A stretch of 63,597 bases of DNA, counting the filler. It is 5 parts of 5 records of this genome, joined end to end, with 100 filler letters (N's around TTAATTAATTAA, not from the genome) between each part and the next. Parts side by side here need not be neighbours in the genome. Positions count along the whole stretch, not along the records: positions 13,727 to 41,404 come from SRR2962707_1162; positions 41,505 to 49,563 come from SRR2962707_1165; 3 more parts are not named here. One strand, 5' to 3'. Every line of letters starts with the position of its first letter. Positions within the stretch are counted from its first letter, which is position 1. A program made the translations under genes and the position numbers. The notes under the pieces were generated by a model that searched no databases, was not told where the DNA came from, and saw nothing but the letters and a program-made list of their open reading frames with translations. Below are positions 29,696-41,821 of this stretch, piece after piece.

Positions 29696-29987
29696 GCCAC
29701 ACATCCGCCCGGCTCTCTCCGGAGTGAACCGGGCGGCGTTGCCGCTATGACCGCCGCTCGACTGCCTCTTCCGGCATCATCTCGCTCGTCTCGGCATCAT
29801 TTTTCGAAATGACGTGGACTTCCGCACCACCCGGACGATTGTTTGCGCTCCCCGGACCGCCTTCCCAGTTGCCATATCGCGGCAATCCGTGCAGCCTTCG
29901 GGGTGTGTGCTGGGGCCCTGCTGCTGAAAGGCGGCTCGTCCCATCCGGATTACCCAGCAGTTCCACTTCCCGGCGGATCGAGGGAAA

Positions 29988-30500
29988 TTGCCGAAAGCTG
30001 CACGAGTTTATATTCGGTATGTCGATGCGGTGAACGGGTTTGTCGGCCGCATCGTGATGTATCTGATTTTCGTGATGATCGGGGTGATGCTCTATGCATC
30101 CTTCTCCCGGACGATGCTCGGCATGCCGATCAACTGGGCCATGGAAATGGGCCAGTTCCTGCTCGCCGCTTACTACCTGCTCGGCGGCGGCTATTCCCTT
30201 CAGATCAATGCGCATGTGCGGATGGACCTGCTCTATGGTCGCCTGACCCCGCGCAAGATGGCTTTCACCGATACGATCACGGCGTTTTGTCTGATATTCT
30301 ATCTCACGACGTTGCTCATCGGCGGCATCTCCAGCACCGAGTACGCCATCACGTACCAGCAGGTGAACTACACCTCCTGGGCGCCGCTTCTCTGGCCGAT
30401 TAAATCCATCATGACGCTCGGCATCTTTCTGATGCTGCTGCAGGCCATCGCGATTTTCTTCAAGGATCTCGCTCGCCTGCGCGGTGAGGAAGTCGCATGA
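29988..30500 (+). CDS. dctQ: TRAP transporter small permease
   Basis: WAMEMGQF, HVRMDLLY; about 4 TMs. Confidence 0.9.
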   Translation: MPKAARVYIRYVDAVNGFVGRIVMYLIFVMIGVMLYASFSRTMLGMPINWAMEMGQFLLAAYYLLGGGYSLQINAHVRMDLLYGRLTPRKMAFTDTITAFCLIFYLTTLLIGGISSTEYAITYQQVNYTSWAPLLWPIKSIMTLGIFLMLLQAIAIFFKDLARLRGEEVA

Positions 30501-31822
30501 GCTACGAGCTGATCACGTTGCTCATGTTCTCGTCGCTGATGGTGATGCTGCTCACCGGCCAGCGTGTGTTCGGCGCCATCGGTTTTGTTGCGGCAGGCGC
30601 CGCGCTCTGGCTCTGGGGCGACGGCGCCGTCGAGATGCCTTTCAACGCTACCTTCCAGGTTCTTAACTGGTATCCGCTGCTCACGCTGCCGCTCTTCATC
30701 TTCATGGGCTACATGATGGCGGAGTCGGGGATCGCAAACGATCTCTACCGCATGTTCCATGTCTGGATGGGCCGCGTGCGCGGTGGCCTCGCACTCGGCA
30801 CGATCTTTCTCATGGTCATTATATCGGCGATGAACGGCCTCTCCGTCGCCGGTATGGCGATCGGTGCGAGCGTTGCGCTGCCGGAGCTTCTGCGCCGCGG
30901 CTATGACAAGGTCATGGTCACCGGCGTCATTCAAGCGGGCAGTTCGCTCGGCATTCTCATTCCGCCAAGCGTCGTTCTCGTGCTCTACGCCATGATTGCG
31001 CGGCAGCCCGTGCTGCAGCTCTGGCTCGCGGGTGTTGTTCCCGGCCTCATCATGGCGACACTCTTCGCCATCTACATTTATATCCGCTGCCGCCGCAATC
31101 CGGCCCTCGGTCCCGCCTTGTCGGAAGAGGAACTCGCGGAGATCACATGGGGCGAGAAGCTCCGGCTGCTTCGCGCGGGCATCATTCCCTTCCTCATCTT
31201 CGGCACCATGATGGGCCTCTTCGTGACCGGCATCACGAGCCTCGTCGAAAGCTCCGCCGTCGGTGCAACGGGCGCCGTCGTCGCCGCCGCGGTGAAGCGC
31301 CGCCTGACCTTCAAGGTGATCGACGACACGATGCGGCAGACGCTCGCCATCAGCTGCATGTTCATGTTCATCATTCTCGCCGCGCTCTGCTTCGGCGCCG
31401 TCTATGACGGGCTGGGCGCAAAAAACGCGATAAGGGTTCTGTTCCTGGAAACCTGGGATCTCGGCCCGTGGGAAATCCTCATCATGATGATGGTTTCCTT
31501 CGTCCTTCTCGGCATGTTCCTAGATGACACGGCCATGCTGGTCATCGTCGCGCCGCTCTACATCCCGCTCGTGATTTCTCTCGGCTTCGATCCGATCTGG
31601 TTCGGCATCCTTTATGTCATCACCTGCCAGATCGCCTACATAACCCCGCCATTTGGCTACAATTTGTTCCTGATGCGGGCCATGGCGCCGCCCGAGATAA
31701 CGCTTGTCGATATCTATCGCTCAATCGTACCGTTCGTAGGGATCATGATCTTGACCATCATTATTGTGATGGCATTCCCGCAGCTAACCCTCTGGTTGCC
31801 CAACTACCAATTCGGGCGATAG
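30497..31822 (+). CDS. dctM: TRAP transporter large permease
   Basis: LPLFIFMG, SSLGILIPPS, ITPPFGYNLF; ATGA overlap with dctQ. Confidence 0.93.
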   Translation: MSYELITLLMFSSLMVMLLTGQRVFGAIGFVAAGAALWLWGDGAVEMPFNATFQVLNWYPLLTLPLFIFMGYMMAESGIANDLYRMFHVWMGRVRGGLALGTIFLMVIISAMNGLSVAGMAIGASVALPELLRRGYDKVMVTGVIQAGSSLGILIPPSVVLVLYAMIARQPVLQLWLAGVVPGLIMATLFAIYIYIRCRRNPALGPALSEEELAEITWGEKLRLLRAGIIPFLIFGTMMGLFVTGITSLVESSAVGATGAVVAAAVKRRLTFKVIDDTMRQTLAISCMFMFIILAALCFGAVYDGLGAKNAIRVLFLETWDLGPWEILIMMMVSFVLLGMFLDDTAMLVIVAPLYIPLVISLGFDPIWFGILYVITCQIAYITPPFGYNLFLMRAMAPPEITLVDIYRSIVPFVGIMILTIIIVMAFPQLTLWLPNYQFGR

Positions 31823-31935
31823 GAGGTGAGGCGGCAAGTAATCGAGCGGCAGTACCTGTTTTCTTTGTGAGAGGGCCGGGTCTGGCATTGGGGCTGGATC
31901 GACCCGAAACAATCTAGAGAAGAAGGAGCCATCTG

Positions 31936-33003
31936 ATGAGTGACCGTCCGGATATCAACAAACGCGACTTTCTGAAAAAGGCGGGTCTCGGCGCCGCCGC
32001 GGTGGGCGCGTCCACGCTTGCGGCACCGAACATCGTGCGCGCTCAATCGCCGATCAAATGGCGTCTGCAGACCTATGCCGGCGCCTCTCTCGCCGAACAC
32101 GTCATCAAGCCGTCCATCGATGCCTTCAACACGGCGGCGAACGGCGAAATGGTGATTGAGCTCTACACCGCCGACCAGCTTGTGCCGCAGGGTGAACTTT
32201 TCCGCGCCGTGCAGAACGGCACCATCGACGCCGCGCAGAGCGACGACGACAGCATGGCCGCGCCGATCGACGTGTCGGTCTTCGGTGCCTACTTCCCCTT
32301 CGCCTCGCGCTACAGCCTCGATGTCCCCGTCCTGTGGGAGTGGTATGGCCTTCGCGAAATCTGGGAAGAAGCCTACGCCGAAGTGCCGGGCGTGACCTGG
32401 CTCAGCACGGGCTCCTGGGACCCCTGCAACTTCGTGACAACGAAGCCGATCCGCTCGCTCGAAGACCTGAAGGGCCTGCGTGTCTTCACCTTCCCGACGG
32501 GCGGCAAGTTCCTTGAGCGTTTCGGCGTCGTGCCCGTCACGCTTCCCTGGGAAGACATCGAAGTCGCCATCCAGACAAACGAACTCGACGGCGTTGCCTG
32601 GTGCGGCGCGACCGAGACCTACACGGTCGGTTGGGCGGACATCAACAAGTACTACCTGACCAACAACATCTCGGGTGCCTGGGCCGGCTCGTACATCGCC
32701 AATACCGAGAAGTGGGAAGCGCTGCCAGAGCACCTGAAGCAGCTCTTCAAGTTCTCGATGGACAGCTCGCACTACTATCGCCAGCACTGGTACTGGTGGG
32801 GCGAGGCGCATTACCGCGCGACCGGCGGCAAGCTCGAACTGACCACCATTCCCGAATCCGAATGGCAGGCGGTGGAAGACGAAGCGCTCAAGTTCTGGGA
32901 TGAGATTGCCCAGAAGAGCGAGCGCAACGCCAAGGTCGTGAAGATTCTGAAGGAATATCAGGAGACGATGCGCAAGGCCGGTGCACCTTACCGCTACGGC
33001 TGA
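31936..33003 (+). CDS. dctP: TRAP substrate-binding protein (TakP/keto-acid-binding-like), Tat-like signal
   Basis: NKRDFLKK..LAAPNIVRAQ, KWRLQT, LEDLKGLRV. Confidence 0.88.
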   Translation: MSDRPDINKRDFLKKAGLGAAAVGASTLAAPNIVRAQSPIKWRLQTYAGASLAEHVIKPSIDAFNTAANGEMVIELYTADQLVPQGELFRAVQNGTIDAAQSDDDSMAAPIDVSVFGAYFPFASRYSLDVPVLWEWYGLREIWEEAYAEVPGVTWLSTGSWDPCNFVTTKPIRSLEDLKGLRVFTFPTGGKFLERFGVVPVTLPWEDIEVAIQTNELDGVAWCGATETYTVGWADINKYYLTNNISGAWAGSYIANTEKWEALPEHLKQLFKFSMDSSHYYRQHWYWWGEAHYRATGGKLELTTIPESEWQAVEDEALKFWDEIAQKSERNAKVVKILKEYQETMRKAGAPYRYG

Positions 33004-33027
33004 TCCAGATTCTCTTCACACGCACAG

Positions 33028-33058
33028 GAGGGCTCCGCTGCAAGGCGGGGCCCTTTTG
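33028..33058 (+). terminator. Rho-independent terminator after dctP
   Basis: gagggctccgc-tgcaag-gcggggcccttttg. Confidence 0.65.
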
Positions 33059-33142
33059 CTTTCCAGGCGGGAACCTGTGCGGGGCAGTCCGCGTTATTCT
33101 TTATCCGCTCGATTGGCGGTGTCGAACGAAAGGGCGCCGAAA

Positions 33143-33631
33143 ATGAACAAAGCAACGAGAAGGACAGGTGGCGCTCTCCTCCTTGGCGCGATGTTGGTCC
33201 TGCTCCAGTCATGCGACGACTATCCTCGCGACCCGGAAGGAACACTGGACCGCGTGCGTGGCGGCACCCTGCGCGCGGGTATCGTCGAGAATCCGCCTTG
33301 GGCTCGCCGGGACGGTAAAGAACCGGAAGGCATCGAGGTTCGCCTTGTCGAGCGGCTGGCTCAATCTCTCGACGCCGAAGTGAAATGGTCCGATGCGACC
33401 GGTCCTCGCGCAGTCGAAGAACTTGAGGAAAGGCGGCTCGACATTCTCGTTGGCGGATTGACGCAAGACGATCCCTGGCTCGCCAAACTGGGGGTAACGC
33501 GTGCATATCTTCCAGGCCGCACACATGTCGTCGCTGTACCCTCCGGCGAAAACGCATGGCTGATCACAGTCGACAGCTTCTTCTCCGCGTACGGCCCTGA
33601 GCTCGTCGGCACAGAGGAGGTCCGCCCGTGA
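33143..33631 (+). CDS. Short lipoprotein with family-3 substrate-binding domain
   Basis: Lipobox LLQSC; YPRDPEGTLDRVRGGTLRAG..NPPW; only about 162 aa. Confidence 0.8.
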   Translation: MNKATRRTGGALLLGAMLVLLQSCDDYPRDPEGTLDRVRGGTLRAGIVENPPWARRDGKEPEGIEVRLVERLAQSLDAEVKWSDATGPRAVEELEERRLDILVGGLTQDDPWLAKLGVTRAYLPGRTHVVAVPSGENAWLITVDSFFSAYGPELVGTEEVRP

Positions 33632-34575
33632 GGATGCGCGAGGCCTATGTCTGGCCGGAAGAAAAAGCAAAGCTTCGCCATCGCGCCATAAGGCTCGAAT
33701 GGGCCACGCTGGCCGCAATGACGAGTGTCATTGTCGTTCTCTATTTCGTTCTCGGAAATTCGCAGGCGATGCGCACTGCCTGGACGGAGGACATTCTCGG
33801 TCTGGTACCGGCGTCCGCCTATCTCGTCGCCGTGTCTTTTGAGCGTCGCGGTCCGACAAGTCGTTTTCCCATGGGCTTTTATCGCTCGGTGTCCATTGCC
33901 TATCTCATCGGCGCGACGGCAACGCTCCTTGTTGGTCTTTATTTGCTGGCCGACAACGCCGTCAAACTCGTGAGGCTTGAGCATCCGTCGATCGGTTTGA
34001 TGACTGTCGCGGGATATGAGGTGTGGAGCGGTTGGGTGATGATGGTGGCGCTCCTCTACAGCATCCTGCCGCCCGTTATCCTCGGCCGTCTCAAGCTTCC
34101 CGTCGCGCGAGAGATTCACGACAAGCCGCTGATGGCCGACGCCAGTATGCAGAAGGCCGACTGGATGACGGGCCTTGGCGCCATTCTCGGCATAGCGGGC
34201 GTTGGCCTCGGTTTCTGGTGGGCGGATGCGGCGGTGGCGCTGTTCATTTCTCTCAGCGTCATTCATGACGGCGCGCGGCACGTCTGGCGCGCGTTCGGAG
34301 ATTTAGCGGATCGCATTCCCCATACCGTCAACCGCGACGCGATCCATCCGGCGATTGAAGTCGCCCGCGAAGCTGCCGCCGGTGTTGCGGGCGTCGAAAG
34401 AGTAATGGTGAAGTTCCGCGAAGAAGGGCACCTGCTCACAGGTGTCGTCTATGTCGAACTGGCAGAGGCGGGCAACGTCATCGAACGCCTCGAACAGGTT
34501 CGCCAAGCGGTGATAGAGAGCGACTGGCGCCTGTACGACATTTCGATTGTCCCGCTGCCGCGCGGAGAAATCTGA
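33628..34575 (+). CDS. Cation diffusion facilitator family transporter
   Basis: About six TMs, [23 protein letters not shown]-terminal dimerisation domain; GTGA overlap with upstream gene. Confidence 0.8.
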   Translation: MRMREAYVWPEEKAKLRHRAIRLEWATLAAMTSVIVVLYFVLGNSQAMRTAWTEDILGLVPASAYLVAVSFERRGPTSRFPMGFYRSVSIAYLIGATATLLVGLYLLADNAVKLVRLEHPSIGLMTVAGYEVWSGWVMMVALLYSILPPVILGRLKLPVAREIHDKPLMADASMQKADWMTGLGAILGIAGVGLGFWWADAAVALFISLSVIHDGARHVWRAFGDLADRIPHTVNRDAIHPAIEVAREAAAGVAGVERVMVKFREEGHLLTGVVYVELAEAGNVIERLEQVRQAVIESDWRLYDISIVPLPRGEI

Positions 34576-34607
34576 CGCCGCGTCCGCCTTGCGCTTTTCG
34601 ATCCGCT

Positions 34608-34639
34608 TTGACAGGTAGTAAATCCCAATTATCATTTAC
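34608..34639 (+). promoter_or_regulatory. Sigma70 promoter of BVMO with overlapping palindromic operator
   Basis: TTGACA(34608)-N16-TATCAT(34630); inverted repeat GTAAAT-N10-ATTTAC at 34618-34639. Confidence 0.65.
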
Positions 34640-34703
34640 GAAAAGCGGGACATCCCGCACCATCCGCGCATCGGAATGCGGAACGGCGGCGAAGGAGAGA
34701 AAC

Positions 34704-36515
34704 ATGGCGAACCAGGCAAACGCGGCGAACGGCGACGAACTCGGTTTCGATCCGGAAGCCCTCAAGGAAAAATATCGCGCCGAGCGCAACAAGCGGCTGC
34801 GCAAGGACGGCAACGAACAGTATGTCGAGATTGCGGGTCAGTTCGCGCATTACCTGGAAGACCCCTATGTCGAGCCGGGCTTCACGCGCGCGCCACTTAC
34901 CGATGAGGTCGACGTCGTCGTGGTCGGCGGTGGCTTCGGTGGTCTCCTCGCTGGCGCGCGTCTGCGCGAAGCAGGCGTCGAACGTGTCCGCATGATCGAA
35001 AAGGGCGGAGACTTTGGCGGCACCTGGTATTGGAACCGTTATCCCGGCGCTGCCTGCGACATCGAATCCTACATCTACCTGCCGCTGCTCGAAGAGATCG
35101 GTTACATCCCCGTCGAGAAATATTCGAAGGCGGCCGAGATTCTCGAACACAGCCGCGCCATCGGCCGACATTTCGGTCTCTATGACGATGCGCTCTTCCA
35201 GACCGAGGTGCAGGAAATGCGCTGGGACGAGGAAACGGCGCGCTGGATCGTTCACACCAATCGCGGCGATGCCATTTGCGCGCGCTTCGTCGTGACCGCA
35301 AGCGGCCCGCTCCACCGTCCGAAGCTCCCCGGCATTCCGGGTGTCGAAAGCTTCAAGGGCCATTCCTTCCACACCAGCCGCTGGGACTACGGCTATACGG
35401 GCGGGGATTGCAATGGCGGCCTCGAAAAGCTGAAAGACAAGCGCGTCGGCATCATCGGTACAGGCGCGACGGCGGTGCAATGCGTGCCGCATCTTGGCGC
35501 TTATGCGAAGGAGCTTTATGTCTTCCAGCGCACACCGTCCTCGATCGACGTGCGCAACAACCAGCCGACCGATCCCCAATGGATGAAGAGCCTGGAGCCC
35601 GGCTGGCAGCAACACCGGATGGATAATTTCAACACGCTCGTATCCGGCGGCTATCAGGAAGAGGACCTCGTCAATGACGGCTGGACCGACATCATCGGCA
35701 ATCTGCTTGTCATGGCGCGCAAGAACCCGGACGGGCTTGCACCGGACAAAATAGGAGAGATCGTCCAGCTTGCCGACTTCAAGAAGATGGAGTCGATCCG
35801 CAAACGCGTGGAAGAGGTCGTAGGGGACGAGAAGAAGGCCGAGGCGCTCAAGCCCTGGTACAACCAGTTCTGCAAGCGCCCCTGTTTCCACGACGAATAT
35901 CTCCAGACCTTCAATCGTCCAAATGTCCACCTCATCGACACGCAGGGCAGGGGCGTTGAGCGCATCACCGAAAATGCCATCGTCGCGAACGGCGAAGAGT
36001 TCGAGATCGATTGCCTGATTTACGCCACGGGCTTTGAGGTCGGCACCGGCTATACGCGCCGCGCAGGATTTGAAATCCATGGTCGCGACGGCCTCTCGCT
36101 CACGGAGAAGTGGAAGGACGGCGTCTCGTCCCTTCACGGGATGCACACGCGCGGCTTCCCCAATTGCTTCGTCGTCTCGAACGCGCAAGCCGGCTTCACC
36201 GCCAACTACCCGCACATGCTGAACGAGCAGTCGAAGCACCTGTCCTACATCGTAAGGCAATGCGTCGACCGTCAGGCGCGTGTGGTTGAAGCCTCGCAAG
36301 AAGCCGAAGAAGCCTGGGTGGACGAGATCATGAAGGTCGCCGTCTTCAACCGGCGTTATCTCGAAGAATGCACGCCCGGCTACTACAACAACGAAGGCCA
36401 GCCCTCTGAAGCCGCCATCCGCAATGGCTTCTACGGCGGCGGCTCCGTCGCTTTCATCAAAATCCTGGAAGACTGGCGCGCCGACAACAGCCTTCCGGGA
36501 CTGGAACTGAGCTGA
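34704..36515 (+). CDS. Baeyer-Villiger monooxygenase
   Basis: GGGFGG and GTGATA Rossmann motifs, [15 protein letters not shown], fingerprint [12 protein letters not shown]. Confidence 0.95.
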   Translation: MANQANAANGDELGFDPEALKEKYRAERNKRLRKDGNEQYVEIAGQFAHYLEDPYVEPGFTRAPLTDEVDVVVVGGGFGGLLAGARLREAGVERVRMIEKGGDFGGTWYWNRYPGAACDIESYIYLPLLEEIGYIPVEKYSKAAEILEHSRAIGRHFGLYDDALFQTEVQEMRWDEETARWIVHTNRGDAICARFVVTASGPLHRPKLPGIPGVESFKGHSFHTSRWDYGYTGGDCNGGLEKLKDKRVGIIGTGATAVQCVPHLGAYAKELYVFQRTPSSIDVRNNQPTDPQWMKSLEPGWQQHRMDNFNTLVSGGYQEEDLVNDGWTDIIGNLLVMARKNPDGLAPDKIGEIVQLADFKKMESIRKRVEEVVGDEKKAEALKPWYNQFCKRPCFHDEYLQTFNRPNVHLIDTQGRGVERITENAIVANGEEFEIDCLIYATGFEVGTGYTRRAGFEIHGRDGLSLTEKWKDGVSSLHGMHTRGFPNCFVVSNAQAGFTANYPHMLNEQSKHLSYIVRQCVDRQARVVEASQEAEEAWVDEIMKVAVFNRRYLEECTPGYYNNEGQPSEAAIRNGFYGGGSVAFIKILEDWRADNSLPGLELS

Positions 36516-36601
36516 GTCTCCCCGGCCCCCAAGCGGGTTGCATGAGCGCGTATTGCCTTGCACTGTTCGTCTCCAGAAGAAGAAACCTCGGGGAGGGCGA
36601 C

Positions 36602-37441
36602 ATGGCTTTGGATGTTTTCGTGGATGGACTGGCCTTTGCTGAAGGCCTGCGCTGGCGTGACGGACAGTTGTGGTTTTCCGACATGCACGACGACAGCGTC
36701 TGGCGTGTCTCGGAAGACGGGACACGCCATCGCGTCTGCGAGGTCCTTGGCCGCCCGTCCGGTTTGGGTTGGCTTCCCGGCGGCGAACTGCTGATTGTTT
36801 CCATGCTCGACCGCAAGATCCTGAAGCTCGGAACCGATGAAAGGCTGACCGACTACGCCGACCTTTCGGCCGTCACACCGCGCCGAACCAACGACATGAT
36901 CGTGGACGGCAAGGGACGCGCCTATGTCGGCAATTTCGGTTTTGATTTTGACGAGAACGAACCTCAAGCCACGACGCCGCTGGCACTGGTGACACCGGAC
37001 GGTCAGGTCTCGGCTGCCGGAAAAGACCTCCTGTTTCCAAACGGCATGGTGATTACAGCAGATGGTTCCACGCTCATCGTGGCGGAAACCTTTGCCGGAT
37101 GCCTCACCGCGTTCGATATCGGCGACAACGGCACTCTCTCGAACAAGCGCGTTTGGGCTGCCCTGAAAGACGGCGCGATTCCCGATGGCATTTGCATCGA
37201 CGCGGAGGATGCCGTCTGGGTGGCGTCGCCCACCACCGGCGATTGTCTGCGCATCAAGGAAGGCGGCGAGGTGACGGACCGCATCGCAACCGGGCGTCAG
37301 GCCATCGCCTGTGCCCTCGGCGGGAGCGAAGGCGACACCCTCTACATCGCCACGGCGGAATCTGTTGTGCGCGAAGAATGCCGGGAGGCACGCAGCGGGC
37401 GCATCGAAACGCAGCGTGTCGCTGTGCCTGCGGGCAGATAA
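36602..37441 (+). CDS. SMP-30/gluconolactonase family protein
   Basis: FAEGLRW, NDMIVD..GRAYVG, FPNGM, PDGICIDAE. Confidence 0.92.
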   Translation: MALDVFVDGLAFAEGLRWRDGQLWFSDMHDDSVWRVSEDGTRHRVCEVLGRPSGLGWLPGGELLIVSMLDRKILKLGTDERLTDYADLSAVTPRRTNDMIVDGKGRAYVGNFGFDFDENEPQATTPLALVTPDGQVSAAGKDLLFPNGMVITADGSTLIVAETFAGCLTAFDIGDNGTLSNKRVWAALKDGAIPDGICIDAEDAVWVASPTTGDCLRIKEGGEVTDRIATGRQAIACALGGSEGDTLYIATAESVVREECREARSGRIETQRVAVPAGR

Positions 37442-37501
37442 ATGACGGTGTTTGCATCCGGTTTCTGCGCGCCGCGGACCTCGACCGGTGCCGAAGGAAG
37501 T

Positions 37502-37575
37502 TGGCTGGGGGACTAGGATTCGAACCTAGATAGGCAGAGTCAGAGTCTGCAGTCCTACCATTAGACGATCCCCCA
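37502..37575 (-). tRNA. tRNA-Gln (anticodon CTG)
   Basis: TGGGGGATCGTCTAATGGTAGGACTGCAGACTCTGACTCTGCCTATCTAGGTTCGAATCCTAGTCCCCCAGCCA; cloverleaf, TTC loop, encoded CCA. Confidence 0.97.
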
Positions 37576-37651
37576 AAGCGCTTGATCCGGCCCGGGTTTC
37601 CGCCGCTTGAAGCCGAATCCGAAGCACAGCGCACCTTGGTTGCGCGCGCGG

Positions 37652-37680
37652 AAACTAATCGCCGGTCCCTCTTTCGTCAA
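37652..37680 (-). promoter_or_regulatory. Sigma70 promoter for tRNA-Gln
   Basis: TTGACG-N17-TAGTTT on the minus strand followed by GC-rich sequence. Confidence 0.55.
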
Positions 37681-37821
37681 CTCTTTGACGCATTGAGCTT
37701 TGCCGCCCCTCCTTTACCGGGCGGCTCAGCCTGCTACACTCCACACAACTGAAAAATAAGGGGAATCCGGTCCGAAGCGCGGCCAGCCATCTGGCCTGGC
37801 GCTTCCCGGGTCTGAAATATA

Positions 37822-39117
37822 GTGCACCATGAAGGTGACGGCGGCGTGAGCGGCCCGGATGGGCCCGCTGCCGCCGAACAAGGGGTGCGAGAGCGCCCGC
37901 AGTCGATGGCCCGCTCTTCCGCCGAGGCGGAGGGTGAGGAGCCGCGCGGCGATAGTTCCGAAAAGCCGAAATCCAAAAGAGCGAAACGCCGCCGTGGCCG
38001 CCGTGGCAAGGGCGGCGGGAGTGCGCCGGAGGCGAAACCCGTCGCGCCAAAACGCGAAGAACCCCGGCCCCCGCAGCCGGACAAGCTCTATGCCGCGCTC
38101 GATCTCGGCACCAACAATTGCCGCCTGCTCATCGCGCGCCGCGCGCCCGAAGGCTTCAAGGTCGTGGATGCCTATTCCCGCATCGTCCGGCTCGGCGAGG
38201 GGCTCGCCCGTAGCGGCGAACTCGGCGATGCCGCCATGGCGCGCGCCGTCGATGCGCTGCGCATCTGCGCGGAGAAGATGAGACGTCGCGGCGTGACGCG
38301 CGCACGCACCATCGCCACGGCGGCCTGCCGCACCGCCACCAACGGCGAGGAATTCATCGCCCGCGTGAAAATGGAAACCGGCCTCCAGCTCGAAATCGTC
38401 TCGACGGAAGACGAAGCCCGCCTCGCCGTCGCGGGCTGCGCCCCGCTTCTCGACAGCGAATGCACCTCGGCTCTCGTCTTCGATATCGGGGGCGGCTCGA
38501 CGGAATTGATCTGGGTCCGCCTCGAGAAAGACGGCACCGGCAAGTGCCGCCCCGTCATCGGCGACTGGGTCTCGCTTCCCTGCGGCGTGGTCACGCTAGC
38601 GGAGCGCCATGGCGGCGTCGACGTGCCGGGCGATGTCTATCGCCGCATGGTGGCCGAAGTGGCCGACCGGCTTGTCCCCTTTCTCGACAGGCTTAAGCAG
38701 GGCAATACGCGCGAAGGAAACTTCCACCTGCTCGGCACCTCCGGCACGGTCACGACCATTGCCGGCGTCCATCTCGGCCTCGAGCGCTATGACCGCATGC
38801 GCGTCGACGGCATCTGGATTTCACCGGTCGATGTTCGCCATGTCACACGTTCGCTACTCGAAATGGATTATACCCGTCGTGCCGCCCATCCTTGCGTGGG
38901 GCAGGAGCGGGCGGACCTCGTGCTGGCGGGTTGTGCCATCTTCGAAGCGATTTCGGATGCCTGGCCTGCGGATCGCCTCCGCGTCGCCGACAGGGGCTTG
39001 CGTGAAGGCATATTGATGTCGCTCATGGAGGCCGATGCCGCGCGCCGCCGCCGCCGTCGCCGCCACCGCAAGACGAGGCGCGGTCCCGGCACCCCTGTAC
39101 CGGCTGGAGTGGCCTGA
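37822..39117 (+). CDS. ppx: Ppx/GppA family phosphatase (start uncertain)
   Basis: [38 protein letters not shown]. Confidence 0.92.
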   Translation: MHHEGDGGVSGPDGPAAAEQGVRERPQSMARSSAEAEGEEPRGDSSEKPKSKRAKRRRGRRGKGGGSAPEAKPVAPKREEPRPPQPDKLYAALDLGTNNCRLLIARRAPEGFKVVDAYSRIVRLGEGLARSGELGDAAMARAVDALRICAEKMRRRGVTRARTIATAACRTATNGEEFIARVKMETGLQLEIVSTEDEARLAVAGCAPLLDSECTSALVFDIGGGSTELIWVRLEKDGTGKCRPVIGDWVSLPCGVVTLAERHGGVDVPGDVYRRMVAEVADRLVPFLDRLKQGNTREGNFHLLGTSGTVTTIAGVHLGLERYDRMRVDGIWISPVDVRHVTRSLLEMDYTRRAAHPCVGQERADLVLAGCAIFEAISDAWPADRLRVADRGLREGILMSLMEADAARRRRRRRHRKTRRGPGTPVPAGVA

Positions 39118-39119
39118 CC

Positions 39120-39866
39120 ATGGCAAAAAGCGGCAAGAGTGGCGGCAAAGGATCGGTGAGCGGCGGCACGCGCGCGCTCAAGGTGCGCGTGAAGACCGCC
39201 CGCAAGCGCACCAACTCCTCGGCGCGCTGGCTGCAGCGCCAGTTGAACGACCCCTATGTCCACGCGGCGAAGCGCGAGGGCTACCGGTCTCGCGCCGCGT
39301 TCAAGCTTGCCGAAATCGACGACAAGTTCCGCGTGCTGAAGCCGGGCGCCCGCGTGGTGGATCTCGGCTGCGCGCCGGGAGGCTGGTGCCAGATTGCGGT
39401 CACCCGCGTGAAAGCGAATGGACATTCGCCGCACGCGGGCCGCGTCATCGGCCTCGACTATCTGGAAACGGAGCCCGTGCCGGGCGCGACGATCCTCCAG
39501 CTCGATTTTCTGGACGAGGGAGCCGACGACAAGGTGAAGGAGTTGCTGGCGGGGGAGGCGGACCTCGTCCTCTCCGACATGGCGGCTCCCACCACGGGCC
39601 ACAAACAGACCGACCACATGCGCATCATGCATCTCTGCGAGGTGGCGGCGCATTTCGCGGTCGAGGTTCTGGCGCCCGGCGGCGCCTTCCTCGCCAAGGT
39701 TCTGCGTGGCGGCACGGAAAACGAACTGCTGACCTTGCTCAAGCAGCACTTCAACACGGTGCGCCACGTAAAACCGGACGCGAGCCGCGCCGATTCGGCG
39801 GAGATGTATGTGCTCGCCCAAGGCTTTAAGGGGCGCTCTGAAAGTGAAACCGAAGAGGCCTCGTGA
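39120..39866 (+). CDS. rlmE: 23S rRNA Um2552 methyltransferase
   Basis: [47 protein letters not shown]. Confidence 0.96.
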   Translation: MAKSGKSGGKGSVSGGTRALKVRVKTARKRTNSSARWLQRQLNDPYVHAAKREGYRSRAAFKLAEIDDKFRVLKPGARVVDLGCAPGGWCQIAVTRVKANGHSPHAGRVIGLDYLETEPVPGATILQLDFLDEGADDKVKELLAGEADLVLSDMAAPTTGHKQTDHMRIMHLCEVAAHFAVEVLAPGGAFLAKVLRGGTENELLTLLKQHFNTVRHVKPDASRADSAEMYVLAQGFKGRSESETEEAS

Positions 39867-39942
39867 ATATTTCGCGGCCGCGTCATCCTGTCCTTTGCTT
39901 TCCCGTATATAGGTGTTAAAAGCCAGCGCCAACACACGATAG

Positions 39943-41404
<1,462 letters not shown>

Positions 41405-41504
41405 NNNNNNNNNNNNNNNNNNNNNNNNNNNNNNNNNNNNNNNNNNNNTTAATTAATTAANNNNNNNNNNNNNNNNNNNNNNNNNNNNNNNNNNNNNNNN
41501 NNNN
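41405..41504. other. Artificial contig linker
   Basis: N44-TTAATTAATTAA-N44. Confidence 0.99.
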
Positions 41505-41821
41505 AAGACTCACGACTCGGGTTAACCAAGAAGACTCACGTAGACTCAGAGCCTTTTCCTTTTCTTTATGAGTTCGTTCGTGCTTTGTTTTGGCTGTTCG
41601 GTGTGGAATAATCCGCCGGGCATCCGCGCGTAGCCGAAGGACAGTTTGTGTGCTGTGCCCTTGTGTTGTATTTCTTTTTTCATTCCCTTTTTTTCTGTTT
41701 TTTTCCGTGTATCTTGTGACTTTACGTACGCATCTGTGGGGTGCGCCCGCTCGTTCCTCTTTCTGCCCGGATCCCGGGTTGACGCAGCAGCGACAGAGCA
41801 TCTCGCACGCCTCGGACCAAG

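Noticed and set aside
37502-37575. tRNA-Gln as integration site of a genomic island to its left
   Set aside because: No integrase, no duplicated tRNA 3' end seen and no clear compositional break
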